DNA from: Octopus sinensis
Taxonomy: Eukaryota
Assembly (NCBI RefSeq): GCF_006345805.1
Contig: NW_021832909.1
Span: 1 to 29,512, forward strand
Length of the DNA: 29,512 nucleotides
Reading direction: 5' to 3'
Made by a program: the position numbers and the translations under genes. Below are positions 1-10,834 of this stretch, in pieces (the stretch's first letter is position 1; every line of letters begins with the position of its first letter). The notes under the pieces are model-generated. The model saw only the letters and a list, made by a program, of their open reading frames with translations, was not told where the DNA came from and did no database searches.

Positions 1-113
1 ATATAGGATAAAAAATTTTCGGGGAAAAAATTTTATCAATGGCCAGCATATCAAAAAATGCCTTTAAAGGTAAAATGGGTATGAATAAATATTTTATTTA
101 TATCTTGCGTATG

Positions 114-172
114 TGCCGCTGAAGAGGGGAAAATTTCTTGTGAATTAACCCCGAAATTGGACCAATACGGTA
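114..172 (+). ncRNA. Type I hammerhead ribozyme motif, probably in a Penelope-like element pseudo-LTR relic
   Basis: CTGAAGA at 119-125; helix II GGGG(126-129)/CCCC(149-152); GAAA 153-156; helix III ATTG-gac-CAAT (156-166); A167 as the NUH residue; helix I TGCCG(114-118)/CGGTA(168-172). Confidence 0.7.
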
Positions 173-405
173 ATAACGAATTTTTTAGAGATTTCTATCG
201 GTTTGTTTCGAGACGCATAAATTTAATGGATATCGACAATTTTTTGTTTCGGCGTATCTGGCATTAGAATTTTTCTTCTGCCCTTATCTTGTATATATAT
301 ATGACTGATGATTGAGGGCTTCGAATGTCCCGTCCTGTGTTTCTTGTGTCGTCTTCTGGGTGTTTCGCGTTCTTGTCCCAGTTTGTATATATTTTTTTAC
401 TTTTA

Positions 406-467
406 CATATATATATATATATACATACATACATACATACATACATACATAATACATACATACATGC

Positions 468-500
<33 letters not shown>

Positions 501-540
501 TGTATGTATGTATGTATATGTGGTGTGTGTGTGTGTGGTG
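406..540. repeat. Compound microsatellite (AT)n-(ATAC)n-(GTAT)n-(GT)n
   Basis: Directly visible. The ATAC and GTAT blocks are mutually complementary. Source of the spurious YIHT/MYVC ORFs. Confidence 0.95.
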
Positions 541-541
541 T

Positions 542-849
542 GGAGGCACAATGGCCCAGTGGTTAGGGCAGCGGACTCGCGGTCGTAGGATCGCGGTTTC
601 GATTCCCAGACCGGGCGTTGTGAGTGTTTGTGGAGCGAAAACACCTAAAGCTCCACGAGGCTCCGGCAGTGGGTGGTGGTGATCCCTGCTGTAATCTTTC
701 GCCACAACTTTCTCTCACTCTTTCTTCTGTCGGCCTGCTCGCTTAGATAGCTGGGTGGCGTCATTTGAAGGCTAAAACAATGCGAAGCGCATTGTGACCA
801 GCGACGTGTGGCAACAACTGATAGCCTGGTCGATCACGGTGGTCACGGT
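542..849 (+). mobile_element. tRNA-derived SINE, family A (head ggaggcgcaatggcccagtggttagggc), tail type 1
   Basis: A-box-like TGGCCCAGTGGTT and B-box-like GTTTCGATTCCC. First ~185 nt match the copies at 18509 and 21401. Ends in gtcacggtggtcacggt followed by (AT)n. Confidence 0.85.
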
Positions 850-876
850 AATATATATATAATATATATTATATTA

Positions 877-917
877 TGGCAGCATCTGATAGCTGGTCAG
901 TCACGGTGGTCACGGTG

Positions 918-918
<1 letters not shown>
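877..918 (+). mobile_element. Short 3' fragment of SINE family A, tail type 1
   Basis: ggcagcatctgatagctggtcagtcacggtggtcacggtg repeats the end of 542-849. Confidence 0.75.
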
Positions 919-948
<30 letters not shown>

Positions 949-960
949 TACACATATATT

Positions 961-1105
961 CACCGTGACCACCGTGACTGACCAGGCTATCAGATGTTGC
1001 CACACATCGCTGATCACAATGCGCTTCGCATTGTTTTAGCCTTCAAATGACGCCACCCCGCTATCTAAGCGAGCAGGCCGACAGAAGAAAGAGTGAGAGA
1101 AAGTG
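961..1105 (-). mobile_element. 5'-truncated SINE family A, tail type 1, inverted
   Basis: Reverse complement of 708-849 with only a handful of substitutions. Confidence 0.85.
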
Positions 1106-1138
<33 letters not shown>

Positions 1139-1204
1139 TTATATATACAAACGTACACACATGCACACACACTTTAGACCACAAACCTCAACACATTTTT
1201 TCAT

Positions 1205-1340
1205 TCTCTCTCTATTTATTTCCTCGTTTTCCTTTCTGTCGAAGAGCGTAGGCCCGAAACGTAAAAGACTTTTCCTTTTTTCCCGAGCGTCAGACTAATA
1301 CACTTGCTTGTTGTTCTTACACCTGTCTTCGTCTTTGTTT
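1205..1340 (+). mobile_element. Short interspersed repeat with hammerhead-like core (Penelope pLTR-like)
   Basis: ctgtcgaagagcgtaggcccgaaacgtaaaagac...cccgagcgt...ctaatac...gtcttcgtctttg. Related copies at ~18005-18110 (+) and ~6706-6769 (-). Confidence 0.55.
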
Positions 1341-1369
1341 TTCTATGAATTTTAACTATATATACATAT

Positions 1370-1377
1370 ACGTGTGT

Positions 1378-1431
<54 letters not shown>

Positions 1432-1576
1432 TTGTATTGCTAGTTCATGGAGAGGCTGCGCTTATTGCCGTAGGAGTACATTTTCTCATCAATGCGCCTG
1501 GTGTTAAAACATTTGGAAGTCATAGACAAGCGAGGTATATAAATAACCTCACACATCTATTATATTTATATATATA

Positions 1577-1615
<39 letters not shown>

Positions 1616-1641
1616 TTTAGCATTTTCTACCTTGACGTTTT

Positions 1642-1705
<64 letters not shown>

Positions 1706-1956
1706 CAATAAGAAAATGGAGGAGAACAATAGGTGGTTCATTCAACTTTTAGACATTATATTATGCTAACTTATTTATTTTTTACTAAACTGATAATTAC
1801 AATAATATACATACATATAACATATTAGTCTTTACTTATAAGATACAAGATATAAGATATATAGTAATATATAAGGATACCAGTAATTATTATAAAATAA
1901 CAAACATGAATACAATTTGGGAAAATAAATTTACATATATATATATAAATATATAA

Positions 1957-2010
<54 letters not shown>

Positions 2011-2042
2011 GTGTGTGTGTATGTGTGTGTGTGTGTGTGTGT
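1370..2042. repeat. (GT)n and long (AT)n microsatellite cluster
   Basis: Tracts at ~1372-1428, 1560-1703 and 1935-2042. Confidence 0.9.
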
Positions 2043-2075
2043 GGAGAAAGAGAGAAAGAGAGATCAACAAATTTT

Positions 2076-2371
2076 AGGTTCATTAAAATGTGTGTGACGT
2101 ATTTCAGCTTCTGAAGGCAAATTCAATGCAGGTTACCATGGAGAAAAAAATTATCGCTTACGTTACAAAGGTGTAAAATCGGCATACCTGCTCAGTGTCT
2201 CTCAGACGCGTTTCTGGCTCTTTGGCTTTTCTCAGTTGGAGATACCTGAGAGAGATAACTCGAGCAGTTGTTTTTACACCTGTTACTATTAGCGACAATT
2301 TTTTCTCCATGGTTACTGGAGAAAATTTGCATTTAGAAGTTGAAATGTCTCAAACACATTTTAATGAACCT
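2076..2371. mobile_element. Fold-back / MITE-like palindromic element
   Basis: Arms 2076-2205 and 2246-2371 are imperfect reverse complements. Terminal aggttcattaaaatgtg/cacattttaatgaacct is a perfect match. Confidence 0.6.
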
Positions 2372-2629
2372 CAGGTTCGTTTATTCTTCATCAATGCTTA
2401 GCGCTGATACCGTTGCACTTGTTCTCACCAGGCGGCTTGCGAGCGCTATTCGGTCATTGATCTTCACTGTTTTCAGATAAAATTACCGATTTAGAAGCTG
2501 CTCTTTCCGGTATTATCTTTGAAGACTGTGTTCCAGTATGGCCACATTCCAAGGATTGCAACTAGTAAAAAAAAAATATGACAATAAAATAATAGAAATA
2601 GAAATATGTGTAGGTAGATGGACAAGAAG

Positions 2630-3172
<543 letters not shown>

Positions 3173-3404
3173 TTCCTAGATAGGTAGTTTGATAACTGGA
3201 AAACTGATGCGAAACATAATTTAGGCTTGTATAAATTATACAATCTTAGATCATTGCCAAGATTAGCAATTGTGTTGCTACAGACAATAGCTGTTTCTTC
3301 AAGATAAAAGTATTGATTAATATAACTATCTCGACATTTATAATTTGACAAATTTTAAATAAAAAAATTATATACTTATGATTCATTCTTTTGCACTTAC
3401 GCAA

Positions 3405-3440
3405 AGAATGTATGTATGTACATGTGTGTGTGTGTGTATG

Positions 3441-3483
<43 letters not shown>

Positions 3484-3549
3484 ACATATTCATATATTCA
3501 TACATACATATATATATACTCGTACATAAATACATATATATATATATCG

Positions 3550-3580
<31 letters not shown>

Positions 3581-3680
3581 GTGGTGGTGGTGTGGTGGTG
3601 GTGTGGTGGTGGTGTGGTGGTGGTGGTGATGGTGGTGCTGGTGCTGGTTGCTGGTGCTGGTGACGATGATAATGATGACA

Positions 3681-3720
<40 letters not shown>

Positions 3721-3757
3721 CGACGACGACGACGACGACGATGATGATGATGATGAT
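3405..3757. repeat. (GTAT)/(AT) and trinucleotide (GAT)n/(GGT)n/(GAC)n microsatellites
   Basis: Directly visible. Produce the poly-D, poly-S and poly-H ORFs. Confidence 0.95.
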
Positions 3758-3813
3758 AAAAAGTAACAACAAAAGAATGATATCTCGATATTAGATAAAT
3801 AGATGATTATGTG

Positions 3814-4149
3814 CAGCCTTGGCGAAAGGTATTCGGCCACCCCAATGTTTTGGGGTTCTGCTATTTCAATGTTAATGAAACTCGTGCACATGGTAGAGTA
3901 AGGTATATTTCACAATGTACAATAGTTATAATATCGCTCAGAAACAGGAGAAAACCATCGTTAGAGTTCTGTGAGGACTTCAACGAGGCGAGTACTTCAC
4001 AAATATCAACCATAACTGTTAGAAGAAGACTTGCAGAGTATGGTCTGAAAGGCTGTAAAGCGAGGAAGAAGCCATGAGTTTCTAAAGCAACTACTCAAAT
4101 TGGACAAGTGAGAAAGTCATTTGGTCTGATGAAAGCAACTATGAGGTAA
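3814..4149 (+). mobile_element. Tc1-like DNA transposon relic (left TIR-like end plus N-terminal transposase)
   Basis: Translation GRVR...SLRNRRK...ISTITVRRRLAEYGLKGCKARKKP* then KVIWSDESNYE (first catalytic Asp motif). cagccttggcgaaaggtattcggccacccc resembles Tc1 TIR starts. Confidence 0.75.
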
Positions 4150-4189
4150 GATAGTACAGTTATGCCTGTGAGACAATTTCTATCACCAT

Positions 4190-4547
4190 ATCTCCCCTAA
4201 CATCAGGTCACCTAACTTTCCAGATTGCAACATCCTTGTTTATCATGTGTGATGCGCAGTTGAGCGAGAGACCAACAAAACTCCCTGTAACACTAAAAAT
4301 GAACTGAAGGCAAGGATTATGGCAGCATTCACCAATTTAAAGAAGGAGGCCGTCCAGAAGAGTTGCAGGAGATTTTGATGTCGTCTGGAGGCCGTGGTTG
4401 AAGCCAATGGCGATTTTATTGAACAAATTTATCTTTAATATTTCAAGATATGTTTATGTAATGCAGTAAATATATCTGTTAAAATGAGATGTCAGTGTTA
4501 TTTTGATTTTTGTGTAATTTAGACGACAGTTTATTCATCGCACCCTG
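4190..4547 (+). mobile_element. maT/mori (DD37D)-like Tc1/mariner relic: C-terminal transposase plus right TIR
   Basis: From 4211: PNFPDCNILVYHV*CAVERETNKTPCNTKNELKARIMAAF...CRRF*CRLEAVVEANGDFIE, matching the WPPNSPDLNP.DY.VW...LEAVIEANG pattern. Ends ...catcgcaccctg followed by TA. Confidence 0.7.
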
Positions 4548-4721
4548 TATATACCCAAACATATATGCTTTAAAATATTTGGTTCTCAATAAATAGTGTA
4601 TAAATAATATTTATTGCGCATGAAATATCCTTCATTACTGCATTACTTCTCCGAGTTTTACGTTACGGAACATCAGACAATTGGTTCCAATTATGGCACA
4701 TGATCAACAATTTTGAAAGGA

Positions 4722-4890
4722 GAGATAGCCTGTTATTTGGGTCCCAGAATATGTCTAGTACTTTATGTTATCGACCCCCGGATGAATTAAAGGCAAAATT
4801 GCCTTCGGCGGGATTTGAACTCAGAACGTAAAGAGCCGAAAGAAAACGCACAAAGTATTTCTTACGACGCTATAACGATTCTGCCAGTCC
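4722..4890 (-). mobile_element. Degenerate SINE family B copy
   Basis: atcgacccc...aaaggcaaa...gatttgaactcagaacgtaa...aacgattctgccag aligns with the 9573-9803 copy. Confidence 0.65.
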
Positions 4891-5029
4891 ACAGTTTAAT
4901 GTAATATATATGGGGAGAGAGAGAAAAATAAAATATCTGTTGATTTGTTAATTTGAAAACTAATTTAAAACCTTGCTGGTGTTTTAGTCTGGTTACCGAA
5001 GTCTTACGGTTTTTTTATAGTCTGTCTTG

Positions 5030-5268
5030 TCATGCATGTGTGTGTGCATGAGTGTGTATAAGTATATGTGTAAGTACGTATGTAAGAGTATATATATATA
5101 TATATATATAATATATATATATATAATATATATATATATATATGTATGTATGTATATGTATATGTATCTGTAGATAGATAGATATAAAACTATGTATGTG
5201 TTGTATGTGTGTGACTGAGTGTGTGTGTGTATAAATATATATGTAAGTACGTAAGTATGTGTGTCTGT

Positions 5269-5314
<46 letters not shown>

Positions 5315-5430
5315 AATATATATATGTGTATATATATATATATATACATACATATATATATATGTAGATATATATGTGTGTATGTAAGTGCTTGTATATA
5401 TGCATGTGTGTGTGTGTGTGTGTGAGCGTG
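5030..5430. repeat. (AT)/(GT)/(GTAT) microsatellite block
   Basis: Directly visible. Confidence 0.9.
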
Positions 5431-6081
5431 TGTATAAACGGCTGGAAAAATTAAAAGGAAAGAATGAGAAAGAAGACAACAACGAAAATATAAAGGGAAA
5501 AAACCAAAAGAAAAGAAATAAAAACGAAAATAAAAACAGACGATAGAACAGAAATTTTTTAAAAAACGATAAAAACCATGATTATACAGTTGTTGGGATT
5601 CATGAAAGGTTAATAATATATGAACAAAATTAATATTTAGAAAGACTTAAAATCTCGAATGACATAACCGAGAGATAAGTAAATTACGATATGAAAGAAA
5701 GAAACAAAGAAACAACCTGTTTAAGTTTATATTTATAATTTGGTCAGTTTTGTAGGATTTTATATTGTGTGAGGAAATATTTAAAATCCCAGTAAATTAT
5801 TCAAACATTAAATTTTCCGAAGTATTTTGTTTTATTTTTTTACGTCGCTTTCAGTTACTGATTATTCGTGTTTCTCCACCGAATATTAAAGATTTTAAAT
5901 ATACTTCACTTATCATATAATTTTCATGAATCTGAATTGTCAATTAATCATCTTTTTATGAATTGTTCACTCAAAATCCTATCTTGTTTTATATGTGTGT
6001 GTGTGTGATTATGTGTGTATGCATGCGTGCGTGTGTTCGGACTTGTGTGTATGTGTTTATTTATATATGTATGTATATATA

Positions 6082-6135
<54 letters not shown>

Positions 6136-6183
6136 GGTGAATTGAAGAAATGGAGCTGAACGCAGATTGAACAGAAATCGTTT

Positions 6184-6276
6184 TATTTCATTCTACACGT
6201 GTTTCGAAAGGCACAATTTACCAAAATCCGATTGAATAATGGGACCATATTGTGTCTTTCTCTCCAGGAAGAAATA
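6184..6276 (-). ncRNA. Mirror hammerhead copy with core substitution (CTGGAGA, A6G), probably impaired
   Basis: Reverse complement of 6373-6465; plus strand reads tctccag at 6261-6267 instead of tcttcag. Confidence 0.6.
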
Positions 6277-6372
6277 GGAAATCCGTTGGAAAAAACAAAA
6301 ACAGAACAGAGGCGGAGCAAAACAAATCGAACTAGGCTCCTAAGAGCCCATGGTTTTTTCCAACGGATTTCC

Positions 6373-6465
6373 TATTTCTTCCTGAAGAGAAAGACACAAT
6401 ATGGTCCCATTATTCAATCGGATTTTGGTAAATTGTGCCTTTCGAAACACGTGTAGAATGAAATA
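6373..6465 (+). ncRNA. Type I hammerhead ribozyme with palindromic helix III
   Basis: CTGAAGA 6382-6388; helix II GAAAGaCACAAT/ATTGTGcCTTTC; GAAA 6444-6447; palindrome ACACGTGT 6447-6454; GUA cleavage triplet (A6455); helix I tatttc-ttc/gaa(t)gaaata. Confidence 0.75.
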
Positions 6466-6663
6466 AAACGATTCTGTTCAATCTGCGTTCAGCTCCATTT
6501 CTTCAATTCACCAATAATATTTTAATTTCAATTATCCGCACCAACGCACGGTTGCAACACCATATGGTTGTACCTCCAACCGTGCTGTTTACTTGCTGTG
6601 ATTTTTGCTACCAAGGTATCGGTTAAACTTTTGATTAATCTACTACAAGATTATTCATCTTTC

Positions 6664-6711
<48 letters not shown>

Positions 6712-6774
6712 GGAATTTACAAAAATACAAACCAAAGACGAAGACAGATGTATTAGTTTAACGCTCGGGTTTTA

Positions 6775-6978
6775 CGAAGGCTGCCTGCAGGACTCGAACT
6801 CACATTTCCTGCAAACATAACAGGCGTTTTGCCATTGCACCAGAGTAATCCTTCGAGTTTCTCTATCCACAAAGTTTCTAAAATGGATAGAGAGATTCGA
6901 GGGATTGCTTTAGTCCCATGGTAGAACATTTGTTATGTTTGAATGAGATGTGAGTTCGAGTCACACAAGCATTCTTCG
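6775..6978. other. Gap-free imperfect hairpin (95-bp arms, 14-nt loop) built from a tRNA/SINE-head-like sequence
   Basis: Position i pairs with 13753-i across 6775-6869/6884-6978. The right arm contains TGGTAGAAC and GTTCGAGTC (A-box- and B-box-like). Confidence 0.75.
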
Positions 6979-8042
6979 ACTTTTTTTATCCAAAGGATTC
7001 CACGACCCAATATTTATATTCTTCTTTATAGCTGTATCTAACGAGCTTCGAGAACAACTATTCCAAAAACGACATGTATATAGCTTCCTTTTCCGTTCTA
7101 TATTATTTTATTGTTTCTCTCTCCTTCTCTTTATTTTTCTTCGTTTCTGTTTTACGTGTATCTTCCACCCGTTATGTAAACATTTGTTAGAACAATATAC
7201 CGTAGCATAACACTTAAATATTCAGTTATTAACAATTACGCAAGCTAGCCTTCATATTGGCTAAAGGAAAATCAGCGGACATTTTACATTTCATTCTAAC
7301 TATGTATATATTCATTAACAATTTTCGTTATCAGACGATCCGAAATGATAATATCAGTATAGTAACAACGAACTTACAGCTTTGAATAAATATTATACAT
7401 TTATATTTCTTATGGTTATTTTTGCTGCATGTATTAATACTTGTATTAGATCACTCCTGTATCAGTTGAATACTTCTGCGAGCTAAACAGCAGAAATGAA
7501 TAATGAATAAACATTCACAGTTTTGTTTTTGTTTGTTTGTTTTTGTTTTTTTAGTGGGGGGGGTTATGTGAAATCTCAGGCTCCCCACACAAATGCATAA
7601 CATGATATACCTACATTAACAGAACACAGCTTTTTTTCTTAAAATATGAGCTTTGGGACACGTATTTTTTTTATATATATATAGAGAGAGAGAGAGAATA
7701 AAACAATATTCCTACGGAATGCAAATATGGTTCCAAAATGGAGAAATGTCAAAACAATTTACTGGAGGTATTTGAAGCGAATGTTTTTTTAACGATATAT
7801 CAAAGTAAAATACTTGAGAAAGAATTCTCCCGATAATTTTCTTGAATATCTTAAGCAAATAATTGAAAACATCTCAATAATATCTTTCTACAGTCAGAAA
7901 AAGCAAGGAACGTAAAGGAAACAGACTATAGCATTCTTTTATCCAATCGCGTCGTAAATATTTAGAAAAAAAAATCTACTAGCATTATATCAACTAACAA
8001 CATTGTATTAAGCCATTTAAAGCTGTAAATAGCAGCGTATAA

Positions 8043-8352
8043 GTAAAAGACCCCCTTCAGTCATGTGTGACCATGGGTTTGCACCTAGAGAGTTACCCTC
8101 TGAGGCACAAGTCTGGGCAAGGTTGTTTTTATGGAAGACCAGCAGTCGCCCATGCATACCGGCCTCCCCTCTCCACGCCACCAGTGTTATCCAAGGGAAA
8201 GACAAAGGTCGATACAGCTTGGCACCTGTGACGTCGCAACTCATTTCTACAGCTGAGTGAACTGGAGCAACGTGAAATAAAGTGTCTTGCTCAAGAACAC
8301 AACACGCAGCCCGGTCCGGGATTCGAACTCACAACCTCACGATCATAAGCTC
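8043..8352 (-). mobile_element. tRNA-derived CORE-like SINE (family D), 5'-truncated
   Basis: Minus strand has B box GAGTTCGAATCCC, then gtgttcttgagcaagacacttta...ctcagctgtagaaatgagt resembling the CORE domain (ccttgggcaagtcactt...ctcatctgtaaaatggg), then an unrelated tail. Confidence 0.7.
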
Positions 8353-8655
8353 AAGTATTAGGTTAAAAACCATTGGATGGAAAATTTCGACTTTTCCATC
8401 CAAGGCGACTCTTAATCCAATATTTATATGCTGTTATTGATAGCTTAATCCGATTTTCCAGTATTTATTTGCTGCCGTTCAAAGTTACAAAATTCTTATT
8501 AAGTAAAAATTATATTTACGTAATTATATAAAGTAATCGTCACTAGTTTTTAGTATAGACGACAGAGCTGAAACGCCTGCGTTACATAGACCATATGTTA
8601 CTTTTAAAGATCATAGAGTTAATCTCTTCAACAAACCTTCACTCACTCTTACTAA

Positions 8656-9050
8656 GGAGTGGCTGTGTGGTAAGTAGCTTGCTTACGAACCACATGATTC
8701 TAGGTTCAGTCCCACTTCTACTATAGCTTCACGCCGACCAAAACCTTGTGAGTGGATTTGGTAGACGGAAACTGAAAGAAGCCTGTCATATATATGTATA
8801 TATATATATGCATATGTGTGTGTATATGTTTGTGTGACTGTGTTTGCCACCACCACCCAACATCGCTTGATAACCGATGCTGGTGTGTTTATGTCCTCGT
8901 AACTTAGCGCTTCGGCAAAAGAGACCGATGGAATAAGTACTAGGCTTACAAAGAATAAGTCCTGGGGTCGATTTGCTCGACTAAAAAAGCGGTGCTCCAG
9001 CATGGCCGCAGTCAAATGACTGAAACAAGTAAAAGAGTAAAGAGTAAGAG
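8656..9050 (+). mobile_element. SINE family C (head ggagtggctgtgtggtaagtagc; CORE-like), near full length, with internal microsatellite and CR1-type tail
   Basis: Matches the partial copies at 16705, 19113, 19372, 19905 and 20407. Ends gctccagcatggccgcagtcaaatgactgaaacaagtaaaagag. Has a small deletion in the CORE segment. Confidence 0.85.
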
Positions 9051-9239
9051 TTAGTCTCATCAACCTCATTAAATCTTCATTAAATATATGCAGCAAAAGA
9101 AAGGTTTCACAATCATTGATCCTCCAAAGTAAAGCCTGTAAGATTTTATCTTTGAGGAACTGTATTTATATGATACTTGCCATAGCAGCTACAACTAAAA
9201 CATTAGTAGACTTTCACGCAGTTTGACATCATTGATTAT

Positions 9240-9803
9240 TTTCTACTCGAAATTTGTGGGGGAGGGGCCAGTCGATTAGATCGACCCCAAGATGCGACTG
9301 GTACTTAATTTATTAACTCCGAAAAGATGAAAGATAAAGTCAACTCAGGCAGAATTTGGACTCAGAACGTAACGACTGACGAAATACCTATTTCTTTATT
9401 ACCCACAAGGGCTAAACACAGAGAAGACAAACAAGGACAGACAAACGGATTAAGTCGATTATATTGGCCCCAGTGCGTAACTGGTACTTAATTTAATCGA
9501 CCTCGAAAGGATGAAAGGCAAAGTCGACCTCTGCGGAATTTGAACTCAGAACGTAACGGCAGACGAAATACCTATTTTTCTATTACCCACAAGGGGCTAA
9601 ACATAGAGGGGACAAACAACGACAGACAAACGGATTAAGTCGATTACATCGACCCCAGTGCGTAACTGGTACTTAATCTATCGACCCCGAAAGGATGAAA
9701 GGCAAAGTCGACCTCGGCGGAATTTGAACTCACAACGTAACGGCAAACGAAATACCGCTAAGCATTTCACCCGGCATGCTAACGATTCTGCCAGCTCACC
9801 GCC
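9240..9803 (-). mobile_element. Nested trimer of SINE family B (head ggcggtgagctggcagaa; central ctttcatcctttcggggtcgataaa..gtaccag, Meta-domain-like)
   Basis: Head 9757-9803; tail-X units 9573-9756 and 9389-9572 (184 bp each); diverged tail-Y unit 9240-9388. All three break at gacgaaatacc. Confidence 0.9.
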
Positions 9804-10149
9804 TTAGTTCGACATCATTAATTACAACATTTCTTTCACAAAAGCTACTCTGTAATAAACATTAGAAAACCATCAAAATTATTATGCATTTAAGAAGATA
9901 AAGTTTGTCCTTTGACATTGAATCATGACCTTATGCTAAAGAAAAATGCTGCATTCTTAGATTTTGGTAAGGATCCAAGGGATTCGGCGGACGCTAGTGG
10001 TTTTATAAAGCTTTATATCTCAAATTCAAATTCAATTAGATTTCAATCTATACGTGGCACTATATAGTAATAATCGTCTGCAAAAATCTATGGAATTTAA
10101 GAGACCAATAGCTACAGAGATTCAAGCTAAATTTCAATGAATCATATTT

Positions 10150-10620
10150 GAAAATTATAGTTAACATAAAACTTAACATGGTTAATTTTCTTGACATAAC
10201 ATTCGATTTTGCGATTTTCAAACAACACCGTTATAGGAGACTCAACCAAGCATGATGATATATTAATATAAATTAAAACCACCCATCAACTATCTTAAAT
10301 AATTAATCAAAAATATTAGTCGTCGCCTTTCTATCATTTCACACGATAATGATGAGATTAACAACTTCGTAACTCAATACGAACGAGGCATTAAATCGTA
10401 GCGGTTTCAAAGATAAAAATATTTTCATAACAAATAGTTACGATAACGTACAGACTTGAAAACAGAAATTGTAAAAGTGTTATATAATTCTCCTCTTCGT
10501 ATTGACGTTTAGGCTAAAATTACCAAATAATTTTTTTAATTTTTAGATAAACATTTTGCAGAGTGATCATAAATATTAAAAAATTGTCTTTAACAAAAAT
10601 TTTAAGATTAACTATTTGGA
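10150..10620 (+). pseudogene. Decayed Penelope-like element reverse transcriptase (C-terminal palm/thumb region)
   Basis: Across stops and frameshifts from 10181: VNFLDITFDF...YIN.N.NHPSTIL / LIKNISRRLSIIS...YE / EALNRSGFK, later DKHF and FNKNFKINY. These match the PLE VNFLD..SNHP..RRLS..AL..SG..DKHF..FN.N..K.SY pattern. Confidence 0.65.
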
Positions 10621-10834
10621 ACAGAATATTTCATTGCATAATTATCTTGTAGCAATAATTAAAACAAAAAACATAATTTCCAGAACTATGAATCCTGTTC
10701 AGAACAACAAATCCAGCAATCGGAGTCGTCCTTAACACTTTACCTACCAAACACATTTTGCGCCATATTTGCTTCTGCACCAGCCGTCGAATTTTATTAT
10801 AAATTATACGTTTTTTTTTTAAATTTATCTAACC

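Larger units (their letters stand above)
6133..6515. mobile_element. Near-perfect inverted repeat (164/163-bp arms, 56-bp spacer) of a hammerhead-bearing Penelope-like pLTR segment
   Basis: Arms 6133-6296 and 6353-6515 differ by one substitution and one 1-nt indel. Confidence 0.8.

Noticed and set aside
303-335. CTGATGA...GAATGTC hammerhead-like motif
   Set aside because: GAAA is broken (GAAT), helix II is weak and there is no helix I.
542-620. tRNA gene candidates (also 21154, 21401, 8656, 17360-17455)
   Set aside because: A/B boxes are present, but no complete acceptor stem, and each runs into a repeated SINE body; treated as SINE heads.
264-705. ORFs rich in YIHT/MYVC/CVCV (also 1374-2070, 2491-3891, 4993-5482, 10797-11261, 14262-14637, 15080-15831, 22083-23171)
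   Set aside because: They are translations of di-, tri- and tetranucleotide microsatellites; no domain or splice support.
3811-4547. One continuous Tc1 transposase gene
   Set aside because: The 5' part is Tc1-like and the 3' part is maT-like, with stops and no matching TIR pair; treated as two separate relics.
8373-8403. 12-bp perfect stem with 7-nt loop
   Set aside because: Short and isolated; no context to assign it as a terminator or element end.
9389-9756. Regularly spaced repeats resembling a CRISPR array
   Set aside because: The units are 184-bp near-identical SINE bodies without unique spacers, in a eukaryotic context with no cas genes.
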